64,000 bases of DNA from Dehalococcoidia bacterium (GCA_963422635.1 OY730415.1:1210088-1274087); one strand, 5' to 3'; shown: positions 50,802 through 60,660, numbered from the stretch's first letter. Notes: generated by a model not told the origin, from the sequence alone. Numbers and translations: made by a program.

Positions 50802-51848
50802 CTACAGGTTTCTGGCCGGGCTGGAATAGTTGTTCAGCTTGTTGTAAATCTGGATTCGGCTGCGCTGGGTGTCGAGGATTAGTAGGCGGTTATTCGGGGC
50901 GTCGAAGGCTACCGCCCGGGGCATTTGCAGGCGCCATTCCGCTTGGAAGTTCTTGACCTCCCGGCGCCGTTTCACTGCCTCCGGGTTGGTTTGCACGATC
51001 ATCTGCGCCCACTTGGTCAGTTGCCGGGCGTCGCCGATGAAGCTGGTAAAGAACTTCCCGGAGGGGTCAAAAGCCTGCACCCGGTCGTTGCCCCAGTCGC
51101 AGACGTAAACGTCGCCGTCCGGGTCAACGGCCACGTCCGAGGGGTGGTTCAGTTCGCCTCGTCCGACGCCATAGCTGCCAAACTGGGCCAGATATTCCCC
51201 TTGGGGAGTGAACTTCTGGACTCGATGATTCTTGTGGTCCACCACGTAAAGGAAGCCTTCCCGGTCGAGGGTGATGCCCCAGGGCGAATTGAGTTGGCCG
51301 TCGCCGCTGCCGGGGCCGCCGAACTTGGCGAGGAAGCGGCCGTCGTTGCTGAACTTCTGGACCCGGTGATTTCGGCTGTCCACGATATATAGGTTATCGT
51401 CCTTGTCGCAGACTATGCCGGAGGGGCCGTCGAACTCGCCGTCGCCGGTTCCCGTTGTTCCCCAGTCCCACAGCAAGTTACCCTCAGAATCGAAAACGTT
51501 GACCCGATTTAGCCACTCGTCGGTTACGTAAATGCGGTCGCGGGAATCGAGGGCGAGCCCGGCCGGCCAAGTCAACTCGCCCCGGCTGTCGCCATTGCGG
51601 CCAAACTCGGCGATAAATTCTTCGTCGCCGGCCTGAAGGCCCACGTCGAATTTGGTTACCCGGGCTCCGCGGGCGGTGCGGTTCCAGGGAACGGCGGTTA
51701 CCGCTTCGCCGCCCCGACTGAGGACGTACACTAAGTTATCTGAGCTGAAGGCCAGGGCGTTGCCGGAGGTGAAACCGGCGCCGACGCCCCCGCGACCCAT
51801 GGCGTGGCTGAAATCGTAAGCTCTGCCGGCTACTACCCGCGTTACCAT
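50802..51848 (-). CDS. NHL-repeat six-bladed beta-propeller protein (cassette 2)
   Basis: Paralog of 44140..45177, with the same blade pattern (YVTDEWLNRVNVF, YIVDSRNHRVQKF, YVVDHKNHRVQKF, YVCDWGNDRVQAF). Confidence 0.75.
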   Translation of the reverse strand: MVTRVVAGRAYDFSHAMGRGGVGAGFTSGNALAFSSDNLVYVLSRGGEAVTAVPWNRTARGARVTKFDVGLQAGDEEFIAEFGRNGDSRGELTWPAGLALDSRDRIYVTDEWLNRVNVFDSEGNLLWDWGTTGTGDGEFDGPSGIVCDKDDNLYIVDSRNHRVQKFSNDGRFLAKFGGPGSGDGQLNSPWGITLDREGFLYVVDHKNHRVQKFTPQGEYLAQFGSYGVGRGELNHPSDVAVDPDGDVYVCDWGNDRVQAFDPSGKFFTSFIGDARQLTKWAQMIVQTNPEAVKRRREVKNFQAEWRLQMPRAVAFDAPNNRLLILDTQRSRIQIYNKLNNYSSPARNL

Positions 51849-52009
51849 CTTTACTGGGCCTCCCGACGTTTTTCCAATGGGTTGGTACAGGTGGTATAGA
51901 AGGATTGAGTTGGAATGTTATGCTGGGCGCATTTGGGGAGGTTCCTAACTCAAAGGGCCAGCGTCCTTTTCAGGATTGCTGGCCCCGAAGGACGCGCCGG
52001 CGGAGCGCC

Positions 52010-53137
52010 CTAAAGGAACTTGGGCTTCTCGAACTCGCCTTTGACGATGGGTTTGGCGTCCAGGCCCAGCCAGTCTTCCAGGACGGTGGCGTAGAAGCCG
52101 CGGAAGTCCAGGTTGGGAACCAGGTCGCCCTGCTGCAAATCTTCGGCCTTCCGGGAGGGGTATTCTCCGTAGAAACCGCCTTGCACTGGGTCGCCGATGA
52201 CAAAGGCAGCGCCGGCGGCGCCGTGGTCGGTGCCGGAGCCGTTGTCCCGCACGCGGCGGCCAAACTCGGAGAAGAGCAGCATAATCACGTTGTCGGCGGC
52301 GTGGTGTTCTTTCAGGTCGGAGAAGAAGTCGCCCACCGCGGCGGAAACGTCGCTCCATAGGCTGGCGTGCATCCCCGGCTGGTTGGCATGGGAGTCGAAG
52401 CTACCGTAATCGCAGTAGAAAATTCGGGTTCCCAGGTCGGCCAGGTGGATTCGGGCGATGTCCTTGAGCTTGCGGGCGATGGGAGTGTCGGCGTACTCCA
52501 CGGTGGAGGAATACATCCCCGGCGCCACTTTCAGGATGTCGGCTCCTTTCATCGCTTCCAAGCCGGTCTCGCCCAAGTATTCCATCACCTGACCGGAGCC
52601 GATGGCGGGGGTGTACATCTGGGTGAAACGGTCCAGAATTTTGAGGCGCTGGTCTTCGTTGGAGATGCCGGTGAGCAGGCCATAGCTGTCAAGGCTGTCC
52701 ACTGCGGCCACGGGGACTCCGGCGACCGATACGGCCCGGAACATACTAGGTCCCATACTGACGGTGGTTACTACGTTTTCCTTGCGGGGGTCGATTTCCC
52801 GGGTAGCCAGGCCCAGCCAGCCTTCGGTGCCCAGCTTGTCCGGCTCGCAGGTGTGCCAGATGTCCATTGACCGGAAGTGGGAGCGCGGCGAATCGGGGTA
52901 GCCTACCCCGTGAATTACCGCGAGGTTGCCTTGGTCAAACAGTTCTTGCATTACGCGCATACTGGGATGAAAGCCCAGTTCGCTGTTAATTCGGATAATG
53001 TCTTCGTCGGCAATCCCCACCGCCGGCCGGTTGTCCCGGTAGAGGGGGTCGGTGTAGGGAATGACGGTGTTCATATAGTCGTTACCGCCGGAAAGCTGGA
53101 GTACCACCAAAACCGGGTCTTTTTTGTTGCTGGTCAT
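52010..53137 (-). CDS. DUF1501-family protein, cassette 2
   Basis: The first 11 residues, MTSNKKDPVLV, are identical to cassette 1. RSHFRSMDIWHT, FDSHANQ and EFGRRVRDNGSGTDHG motifs. Confidence 0.8.
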   Translation of the reverse strand: MTSNKKDPVLVVLQLSGGNDYMNTVIPYTDPLYRDNRPAVGIADEDIIRINSELGFHPSMRVMQELFDQGNLAVIHGVGYPDSPRSHFRSMDIWHTCEPDKLGTEGWLGLATREIDPRKENVVTTVSMGPSMFRAVSVAGVPVAAVDSLDSYGLLTGISNEDQRLKILDRFTQMYTPAIGSGQVMEYLGETGLEAMKGADILKVAPGMYSSTVEYADTPIARKLKDIARIHLADLGTRIFYCDYGSFDSHANQPGMHASLWSDVSAAVGDFFSDLKEHHAADNVIMLLFSEFGRRVRDNGSGTDHGAAGAAFVIGDPVQGGFYGEYPSRKAEDLQQGDLVPNLDFRGFYATVLEDWLGLDAKPIVKGEFEKPKFL

Positions 53138-53208
53138 TGTTTAATCTCCTTGCTAGGGCAACTCTGGGGGTATTTTATCGTATTTTTGCAGGTTTTCAAC
53201 CGGTTAGG

Positions 53209-54603
53209 TTAAGCGTACTGGTATTCGCGGAGGGATACGATTAGCTGGAGCATTTCGCCGACTCGGTGGGCAGCCTCTTGGGGGTTGGCCCAGGTCAGGA
53301 TGCCGGTTTCCTGGGCGTGGTTCACTAGTTGCTGCCGGTTGTCGGCTTGCACTTCCAGAGGGCCTAACAGGTCCAGGCAGTTGTCTACTAGTTCCTCGGG
53401 GGTCAGGTCGCCTTGGGTCTGGAGGCGGTTGATGATGGACCGGATGCCTGGTTTGGCGATGTTCCCCACCAAGTCGGCGGAGAAGTTAATCCGCTTCATC
53501 AGGGTGCCGCTGTTAATCCACTCGGGGCCGGTGTGCCAGCCCTCTACGCTGGGGGGGTTGAGCAGTTCCTGGCCCATATAGCCGGCTTCCTTGGAGAGGT
53601 TGCCGATGCCTGGCGCCGGGAACTGGTAGCCGCCGACCAGGCGCAGGCTGCCTACCAATACCTCGGCGGGACTTTTGATTTTGGCGAAGCGGGCGTTCTT
53701 GAAGAAGTCGGACATAAACAGAACCCGCAGCGTCGGCGTGATTTCGTAGTTGGAGTCGATAAAGGTTTGCGCCAGCAGGTCGATGGCCGCCGGGTCGTTG
53801 GGTGGCGTTACCGACCAGGCGGGAACCGGCGGCTCTTCGGCCACGAAGAAGTTGTAGAGGTGGCGGGCGATGAACCGGGCGGTGGCTGGTTGCTGACAAA
53901 CGATGTTGATGATGTCTTCGCCGTTGAAGTTGCCGGTATGCCCCAGGAAGGTCTTTTCTCCGTCGTCGTGGTCTTCTTCCTGGTACTCGAACTCCCAGTC
54001 GTAGCGGCCGTGGGCGTTGCGGGGAATAGAGGCGGCAATCGTCCAGCCGGTGAAGGCGCGGGAACATTCCCGCACATCGTCTTCGGTATAGTTGCCGACG
54101 CCCATACTGAAAAGTTCCAGCAGTTCCCGGCCCCAGTTCTCGTTGATGGCGTCGGCGTGGTTGTCGCAGTTATCCAGCCAGTAAATCATGGCCGGGTTTT
54201 TGGCTAACTCCACCAGCAAGTCTCGGTAGTTGCCCATGCCCCGTTCCCGGAACAGATCCACTTGGCTGACCATCTCGTGCCAGTGGTCCAGCTTGGAGCC
54301 GCCGGTGGCGAAAACCTGGTGCCAGAAAAGGACCATTTTCTCTTCCAGGGCCCGCTCGGTGTTGAGCATACTGTGGAGCCAAGCGGAGGCGCCCATGCCC
54401 GGCGAGGTGATAGGTTTCCAGAAGGATGGGTGGTAGCGGAGGAACTCGTAGCGGTCGGCCCCGGTTACGGTTTCCGGGCTCAGCAACTCCTCCACCGTGG
54501 CGGCATAGCCTTGGGCGGCGCGTTCTTCCAGTTCGTCGCGGGTAGCGCCGAAGCCGGCGCGACGCATTAGGTGAGCCATCAATGCAAGGTCTTCGTTAGC
54601 CAT
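53209..54603 (-). CDS. DUF1800-family protein, cassette 2
   Basis: ATG at 54603 preceded by AAGGAGGG. MANEDLALMAHLMRRAGFGA aligns with the cassette 1 start. Confidence 0.8.
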   Translation of the reverse strand: MANEDLALMAHLMRRAGFGATRDELEERAAQGYAATVEELLSPETVTGADRYEFLRYHPSFWKPITSPGMGASAWLHSMLNTERALEEKMVLFWHQVFATGGSKLDHWHEMVSQVDLFRERGMGNYRDLLVELAKNPAMIYWLDNCDNHADAINENWGRELLELFSMGVGNYTEDDVRECSRAFTGWTIAASIPRNAHGRYDWEFEYQEEDHDDGEKTFLGHTGNFNGEDIINIVCQQPATARFIARHLYNFFVAEEPPVPAWSVTPPNDPAAIDLLAQTFIDSNYEITPTLRVLFMSDFFKNARFAKIKSPAEVLVGSLRLVGGYQFPAPGIGNLSKEAGYMGQELLNPPSVEGWHTGPEWINSGTLMKRINFSADLVGNIAKPGIRSIINRLQTQGDLTPEELVDNCLDLLGPLEVQADNRQQLVNHAQETGILTWANPQEAAHRVGEMLQLIVSLREYQYA

Positions 54604-55553
54604 ATTCCCTCCTTGCCATAAATCAGAAAGGGTTGCTTTTGGGGTTGACTTGGAATAGGGCAAATCCAGCTTGCGAGCTTTCCGGGTAAGCAAGGAAAAC
54701 CGGAAAAGATCAGTTTAATTATCCCGGTTTGGCAGGGAAATTGTCAATACCGGGGGTGAAATAAAGATGGGCTTAGCGCGCCCCGCCGGTCTGGGGTCCC
54801 GGGGTAGAGTCGGGCTACTGCGGGGTTGCCAGCGCCGCAACGCCCGGCCCGCCGGGCGCTGGTCGGTGAGGTTCCGGCGTCGGCGGGGTGGGCAAATTCC
54901 CCGTCTTATCCGGCCCGTCAAACCGCTTTTCGCTGGCTGCTTGACTGGGCAGTCGTTCCCGGCCGGACTTGGGCCGGCCGGCTGGCTGCGCTTAGGAAGG
55001 GGCGGGCGGCGAGATGTAATCGGACACTTTTGGCGCCTGCGCTATTTGCGATTTCAAGATTTCCGGTAGGTTGCCGGACGGCTCTTGATGGCCGGGATCG
55101 GGATCGGTAGGTGGCTGCCCCTTCGAAGTGGGCGTATCCGGGTGGGCGTATCCACGCTGGATTGGTTCCAGGGAGACCGATCGCCCTGCGTCCAGGGCGC
55201 TGCGCAATGGTTAACCCGCACATTTTCAGATTAGAGAGGGGTCATCCAGGGTGTCAATGGGGCCGGCGTCAGCGAATCGGGGCAATTGCCCGGTGGGTCC
55301 TTGAGGGTGAAACCTTGGGGTAGTTAGGGACTCTACCGTTGCTCTGGGCGGCGCCGGAATCCAGGAGCTATTACCCCTTGGTGTCGTTTTGGTGTCATTC
55401 TTTGCGCCAGTCATTTCTGGGTTCTGGTCTGTGTCGGCACTGGTGGGGGGTGGGAAGGACGGGGAGATAAGGAATGTTCGGTTGCCCTCACGATTAACGA
55501 GGGTGGGGTATAATGGCGCTGGATCGCCGGACAAACGCGGAGGAGGGAACGGT

Positions 55554-56720
55554 ATGAAGTTTGGCTTGTTGTATGAGACCCAACGTCCTTATCAGGGGAC
55601 GGATATAGACTGGAACCTTTTATACAAGGAAACCCTGGACCAATGCGAACTGGCGGACCAGGTGGGGTTCGATAACCTGTGGTTCGTGGAGCATCACTTC
55701 TTGACCGGGTTCTCCGGTTCTCCCAGCCAAGACGCTATGTTTGGCGCGCTCAGCCGTATCACCAAGCAAATCCGCATCGGTTATGGCGTCTGTATTTTGC
55801 CGTACCACCACCCGGTTCGGGTGGCCGAGCGGGTGGCGCTGGTGGACCAGTTGACTGATGGGCGGGTCGAGTTCGGTACGGGCCGTTCCAACGCCTACGA
55901 ACAGATTGGGTTGGGGGTTGACCCGCGCAATACTCGTTCCCTGTGGGAGGAGTCGATTGCGATGCTGCCCCAAATCTGGCAGTCGGAGGAGTTTTCCTGG
56001 GAGGGGGAACACTGGAACGTACCCAAGCGGCGGGTGCTGCCCAAGCCTTTCCAGAAACCGCATCCCCGGATGTATTTGGCCTGCACCCAGACGGAGAGCT
56101 TTCGGCTGGCGGCCGAAAGGGGAATCGGCGTCCTGTCTTCGGCCTCCTACGCCACCGCGGTGCTGGCGGGGCATGTCCAGGTCTATCGGGAGGCGTTGGC
56201 GAATGCTAATCCGGTAGGGGCCTTCGTTAATGACTTCTGGGGGAACAATGTCCACGCCTATTGCGGGCTGGACAACGAGGAGGCGCGGGAGCTGGCGGCC
56301 CTTTCGATGAAGACTTTTTTCGGGCCGGACAAGCCCTATATCGCCGGTCGGATTAACGCTTACGAGGAATTGCTGGAGGCTTGGGGCGGGGTTCCGGACC
56401 ATTTGCAGGCCGACTTTGGGCGATGGCTTCGCCAGTCGGACGAGGCGCACCAGGCTCAGGCGGAGGAGTCGGGCATTTCTCTGGACGCCGGCCCCGGCGC
56501 GGCGCGGGCGGCGATTGCCCAGTTGGACGCCAATACTCTGGCCGACCGGGGCGTCATCATCGCTGGCGACCCGGATAGCTGCGCCGAGGCGGTGCAGTTG
56601 TACGAGGACATCGGGGTTGACCAGGTGATAATGATTATGCAGACGGAGACCATCCCTCACGAAAAGGTGATGAGCTCCATTGAGCTGTTCGGGAAAGAGG
56701 TTATCCCGCGTTTCCGCTAA
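55554..56720 (+). CDS. Luciferase-like (LLM-class) flavin-dependent oxidoreductase
   Basis: ATG at 55554 preceded by GGAGGAGGG. MKFGLLYE...GFDNLWFVEHHF...GRVEFGTGRS. Confidence 0.8.
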   Translation: MKFGLLYETQRPYQGTDIDWNLLYKETLDQCELADQVGFDNLWFVEHHFLTGFSGSPSQDAMFGALSRITKQIRIGYGVCILPYHHPVRVAERVALVDQLTDGRVEFGTGRSNAYEQIGLGVDPRNTRSLWEESIAMLPQIWQSEEFSWEGEHWNVPKRRVLPKPFQKPHPRMYLACTQTESFRLAAERGIGVLSSASYATAVLAGHVQVYREALANANPVGAFVNDFWGNNVHAYCGLDNEEARELAALSMKTFFGPDKPYIAGRINAYEELLEAWGGVPDHLQADFGRWLRQSDEAHQAQAEESGISLDAGPGAARAAIAQLDANTLADRGVIIAGDPDSCAEAVQLYEDIGVDQVIMIMQTETIPHEKVMSSIELFGKEVIPRFR

Positions 56721-56762
56721 CCCGGGTCAACCCCGGCGTTGCCCGAACTGGCGGCAGCGCGA

Positions 56763-57785
56763 TTAGCTGATGCGATAGACGCGGGCGGCGGTGTCGTGGA
56801 ACATTGCCGCCCGCTCGGTGGCCGAGTAGCCGGCGGATAGCCGCTTGAAGGCGTTGAACAGGACGGGGTGGGAATAGGAAACCTTGTCCACCGGGAAGTT
56901 GCTCTCAAACATACACCGCTCCGGCCCGAACTGTTCGATGCAGTAGTGCATCAGGGGAGCCATATCCGCGGCCAGTTCCGCCGAGCCGATGGGCTGGGCG
57001 CGGGTGTGCCAGTCGAAGCCGGTGCGGGGCATGCCGATGCCGCCCAGCTTAACTACCACGTTGGGGCAGGCGGCGACGGCGGCGATGCCGCGGCGCCATT
57101 GGGGCATTACTTCCGCGTCCCGGTTGGCGTAGGGGCCGACTCGCAGTAGGCCGCCGATGTGGTTCAGGATGATGGTCAGGTTGGGAAGGGCTTGGGCGAA
57201 GTCGGCCAGTTCGGGCAGTTGGGGGAAGTAGAGCCAGCCTTCCAGGGACAGGCCCTTTTGGGATAAGACTTGGGCTCCGGCGCGGAAGTTGGCGCTGGCT
57301 AGTTGGCCTTCCATATTGTGGGCGGCGGTGTTATCCACTTCCGGGTGGGGGTCCCAGGTTACGGAGTGGCGGATGCCCCGGAAGCGGTAGGGGCTAGCCG
57401 TTTGCAGAGCGTCCAGTATCGGCGCTACGGCGGCGCCCAGGTTGAGGTTGGCGTGGCCGATGATGGCGGCGGCGGCTTGGCCGGGGCCGTAGAGGCCGCT
57501 GGCGCTGGCGGCCGCCAACCCTTGCACAAACTCCACCTCGCCCACCGGACGCAGTTCCGCTGGCCCTTCGGCGCGGTACATGGACCGGGCCTCGATGAAC
57601 ACGGTGGAGCGGATGTTGTGGCCGGCGTTGATGTCGGCGGCTAGTTCGTGGAGCAGGTAGCGTTGGTAGGGGATGCGCTCCGGCCTGAAGTCCCAGAAGT
57701 GGTGGTGGGGGTCGCAGATAGGCAGGTCGGGTTCCAGGGCTTCTTCCTGGGTTAGTTCCAGCCAGTCGTTACCGCCGAAAGGCAT
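56763..57785 (-). CDS. Amidohydrolase_2-family protein (ACMSD-type metal-dependent hydrolase/decarboxylase)
   Basis: ICDPHHHFWD metal-binding start and NHIGG motif; 340 aa. Confidence 0.7.
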   Translation of the reverse strand: MPFGGNDWLELTQEEALEPDLPICDPHHHFWDFRPERIPYQRYLLHELAADINAGHNIRSTVFIEARSMYRAEGPAELRPVGEVEFVQGLAAASASGLYGPGQAAAAIIGHANLNLGAAVAPILDALQTASPYRFRGIRHSVTWDPHPEVDNTAAHNMEGQLASANFRAGAQVLSQKGLSLEGWLYFPQLPELADFAQALPNLTIILNHIGGLLRVGPYANRDAEVMPQWRRGIAAVAACPNVVVKLGGIGMPRTGFDWHTRAQPIGSAELAADMAPLMHYCIEQFGPERCMFESNFPVDKVSYSHPVLFNAFKRLSAGYSATERAAMFHDTAARVYRIS

Positions 57786-57971
57786 AAAGGCCTCCTTGGG
57801 GGTTTGGGTGGGTTTATTCCTCTATTGGGACCTGGCCGTTGGCTAAAGTCAGGTAAGCGTCAAACCTGGTATCCAAGATGGTTTCAAAAGGTTCGCCTCC
57901 CGGCAAGAATGCCAGGCCTCGCCGGGAGGCGGTCTTGGCTATAGCGCCGGTCAGTAGTCGCTTGGGATCTC

Positions 57972-58415
57972 CTAGTAGTGTCGCAGCTCCACCACGTTGT
58001 TGTCCGGGTCGTAGATATACAGGGATATGCCGTCGCCGTGGGAACCCCAACGCTGGCCGGGGCCGGCCTGGATTTCGACGCCCAAGGTCTCAAAGTCGGC
58101 CTTTAGCGCATCCATATCCGTCGGCTCGATGACCATACAGTAGTGGTCCTGGTTGCGCGCTCCGTCCTTGGCGATGGGTTCTTGGTCGGAGGCGAAGAGG
58201 TCGATGATGGTGTCGGCGTTGAGCCTTACCGAGGGGAAGCGCACTTCGCCGGCGCGCCACTGCGCCACCCGTTCCACGGGCAAGCCCAGCAGTTGGGAGT
58301 AGAAGCGCAGGGATTCTTCCACGTCCTTGACCCGTAAAACGATGTGATCCATCGCGGTAATTTTCACCAGGGGTTGGGCTATCGATGGGGTGGCCCGTTC
58401 AGTTTGCGTTGCCAT
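57972..58415 (-). CDS. VOC (glyoxalase/bleomycin-resistance/dioxygenase) family protein
   Basis: MDHIVLRVKDVEESLRFYSQLLGL...HYCM...YIYDPDNNVVEL. Confidence 0.75.
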   Translation of the reverse strand: MATQTERATPSIAQPLVKITAMDHIVLRVKDVEESLRFYSQLLGLPVERVAQWRAGEVRFPSVRLNADTIIDLFASDQEPIAKDGARNQDHYCMVIEPTDMDALKADFETLGVEIQAGPGQRWGSHGDGISLYIYDPDNNVVELRHY

Positions 58416-58503
58416 TTTCGCACTTCCTTAAGCCTTATTCCGTATGCCGTACAGGATACCGGTAGAAACTGGGGCTGGGCTGGGCGGTTTGGTTTTCGGA
58501 TGG

Positions 58504-59004
58504 TCAGGCCGGGACGGTGTTGTATTGCGGTAGGCGTCGCCATTGGGGGCTTTCGGAATGGTGGGCCAGTTCCAGTTGGTTGCCGTCGGCGTCTTCTAAC
58601 CCCAGGGGGTGTTGGACCAGTTCAATCATGTTGCCGTCCGGGTCGTGGATGTAGGCATAACAGCCGTTGCTGTAGTCGCGGCGGCCCCAGGATGACTCGA
58701 CCCCTTCCTGGTTCCGGCGGCCCGGCGTGGTGGTATAGGGAACGCCCAGGCGGTCTAGGTTGGTAATCATTTCGTCCCAGTCGTTGATTTCAACGGCGAA
58801 GTGGACGGACGGCGTCGGGGTGGGGTTGCGGGAGTCGGTGGTGTGGATTTCGCCGTTGCCAATGCGCAGTTGCAGCTGCCTTTGGTTGAGTTCGGGCCCG
58901 CGGTCCAAGTACTCGGCGCCGAGGACTTCCTCATACCACCGTCGGGTTTTCTCCCGGTCGCTTACCTGGATGTTGATGTGCTGGATTAGGGTTACTCGGG
59001 ACAT
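58504..59004 (-). CDS. VOC family protein
   Basis: IQHINIQVSDREKTRRWYEEVLGA...HFAVE...YIHDPDGNMIEL. Confidence 0.75.
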   Translation of the reverse strand: MSRVTLIQHINIQVSDREKTRRWYEEVLGAEYLDRGPELNQRQLQLRIGNGEIHTTDSRNPTPTPSVHFAVEINDWDEMITNLDRLGVPYTTTPGRRNQEGVESSWGRRDYSNGCYAYIHDPDGNMIELVQHPLGLEDADGNQLELAHHSESPQWRRLPQYNTVPA

Positions 59005-59136
59005 AAGGTTCCCTCCTAAACCTGATTTGGTTATGAAGCGGCCGCGGTGGCCTTGACTTTATACTGATACTTGGGATTAGACAAGGGGGAAGGGCGGCGG
59101 GAAAATAGCCTGAAGGCGGTTGCCTGGGGGCTGGGC

Positions 59137-59907
59137 CTAGCCGCCAAAGGTTCGCTCCCCGCCGTTGACGTGGATGGTCTGCCCGGTGATGTAGTCGGCG
59201 GCGTTGGAGCAGAGAAAGACGCACAGGTTGGCGATGTCGTCGGTGTGGCCCATGCGGCCGGCGGGAATGTCGGCCAGCCGGTTGCCGGCGCGAGGGGCGG
59301 TTGCGCCTTCTCGGGTGGTGTCAATCATCCCTGGTACGACGCAGTTGACGCGGATGCCCTGGGGCGCCAGTTCGGTGGAGAGGGCGCGGGTAAAGCCGAC
59401 CAGCCCAACTTTGGCGGCGGAAATATGCGCGCCACCGTGGCGCCCTTGGTGCGCTTGCAATCCGCCCAGGTTGATTATTCGGCCCCAGCCGCGCTCGAGC
59501 ATCCCGGGGACGGCGGCGCGGGAGGTTAGGAAGGCCGAGTCCAGGTCGGTAGCCAGCACGGAGCGCCAATCGGCATAGCTCATTTCAGTAAAGGGTTTGT
59601 GGGGTCGTACCGAGGCGTTATTTATGACGATGTCCAGGCGGCCGAACTCGGCCAGGGCGGTTTCCAGCAACTGTTCCAGCGCGGCGTGGTGGCCGACGTC
59701 GGCCAATAAGGGCAGGGATTTTCGCCCCAGGGCGCGCACCTCGTCGGCCACTGCGGCGGCGTCCGCCTGATTGGCGCGAGCGTTCACCACTACGTCCGCT
59801 CCCTCTTTCGCCAGACCCAGGGCGATAGACCGCCCGATGTTTCGGCCCGAGCCGGTAACCAGGGCCACCTTTCCTGCTAGCTGCATACGTTCCTCCAATT
59901 CCGCCAT
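59137..59907 (-). CDS. SDR-family oxidoreductase (FabG-like)
   Basis: TGSGRNIGRS, NNAS and YxxxK-equivalent (ISAAKVG) motifs. Confidence 0.8.
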   Translation of the reverse strand: MAELEERMQLAGKVALVTGSGRNIGRSIALGLAKEGADVVVNARANQADAAAVADEVRALGRKSLPLLADVGHHAALEQLLETALAEFGRLDIVINNASVRPHKPFTEMSYADWRSVLATDLDSAFLTSRAAVPGMLERGWGRIINLGGLQAHQGRHGGAHISAAKVGLVGFTRALSTELAPQGIRVNCVVPGMIDTTREGATAPRAGNRLADIPAGRMGHTDDIANLCVFLCSNAADYITGQTIHVNGGERTFGG

Positions 59908-60095
59908 CCCGATTCTGCCGTCCGGGGTGTTCTTGCGGTTATTATGCTGGGGATTACCTGGTTAGGGCAACTGTTTGCGCTGCGGGTTCCGGGCTAGGGT
60001 GAGTTCTCACCCCAGCCCTTTACCGGCGGTAGAGGGGGCGGTTACGACAGTTAAACAGTTAAAATCCCCGGCAATTAAAGCGCCGGCGTGGGTAG

Positions 60096-60183
60096 GGGCT
60101 TAACGGTTAGACACGGACACTAGTCAGCGCGACCGGCGGAAATCAGCTCAGTAGAGGGCTTAACGGTTAGACGCGGACACTAG
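60096..60183. repeat. 28-bp direct repeat x2 with exact 60-bp period
   Basis: GGGCTTAACGGTTAGAC(A/G)CGGACACTAG at 60096-60123 and 60156-60183, with 1 mismatch. Upstream of the 60246 ORF. Confidence 0.9.
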
Positions 60184-60245
60184 CCACTAGCTAAAGAGCC
60201 GTCCGCCCCTTATAATTGGTTCATCTTGCTGAAGGAGAGTACGGT

Positions 60246-60572
60246 ATGTATATGGTGCGGAGAGTTTGTCGGACTAAACCCGGCCAGGCTTGGCGAGTCG
60301 CCGGTTTCCTGGCGAAGATTTGTGAGGCGTATGAGGAGGGTGGGCGGAACAAGGCTCAGATTTACATCGGCGGTCAGGGTTTGCCCGGCACGGCCAATTC
60401 GGTGTATGCCGAGTGGACTCAGGAGTCCATCGAACCCAACTGGTTTTCCAAGATACCGGCGGCGGTGCTGGAATATAACCCGCAGTTGCAGGAGCTGTTG
60501 ACCGAATATACTCTGGAACTTTATGAAATGGCGACCCCGGAAAAGCTGGTGGAAAGAGGGGTGGCTCAGTAG
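60246..60572 (+). CDS. Small hypothetical protein (108 aa)
   Basis: ATG at 60246 preceded by GAAGGAGAG. I could not recognise a family. Confidence 0.5.
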   Translation: MYMVRRVCRTKPGQAWRVAGFLAKICEAYEEGGRNKAQIYIGGQGLPGTANSVYAEWTQESIEPNWFSKIPAAVLEYNPQLQELLTEYTLELYEMATPEKLVERGVAQ

Positions 60573-60660
60573 GGAAAGAGGGATGGTTCGGCGGTAGTAG
60601 TGTATCGGCTGACCGATTCCCTTTATTCCTAGTCCGAAAGTCGGATAAGTCCAACCGGTT

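Noticed and set aside
54860-54960. FMN (RFN) riboswitch-like string GGGGTGGGCAAATTCCCCG in the long gap upstream of an LLM gene
   Set aside because: Only one short segment resembles the GGGGUGAAAUUCCCC core. The flanking conserved RFN segments (ACCGGCGGUAA, AGUCUGGAUGGGAGA) are absent, and the string is about 600 nt from the gene.
55620-56660. 346-aa minus-strand ORF antisense to the second LLM gene; similar long antisense ORFs at 60763..61803 and 15719..16597
   Set aside because: All are Arg/Pro/Gly/Leu-rich shadow frames. They overlap plus-strand genes that have strong family motifs (LLM, amidohydrolase_2, LeuB).
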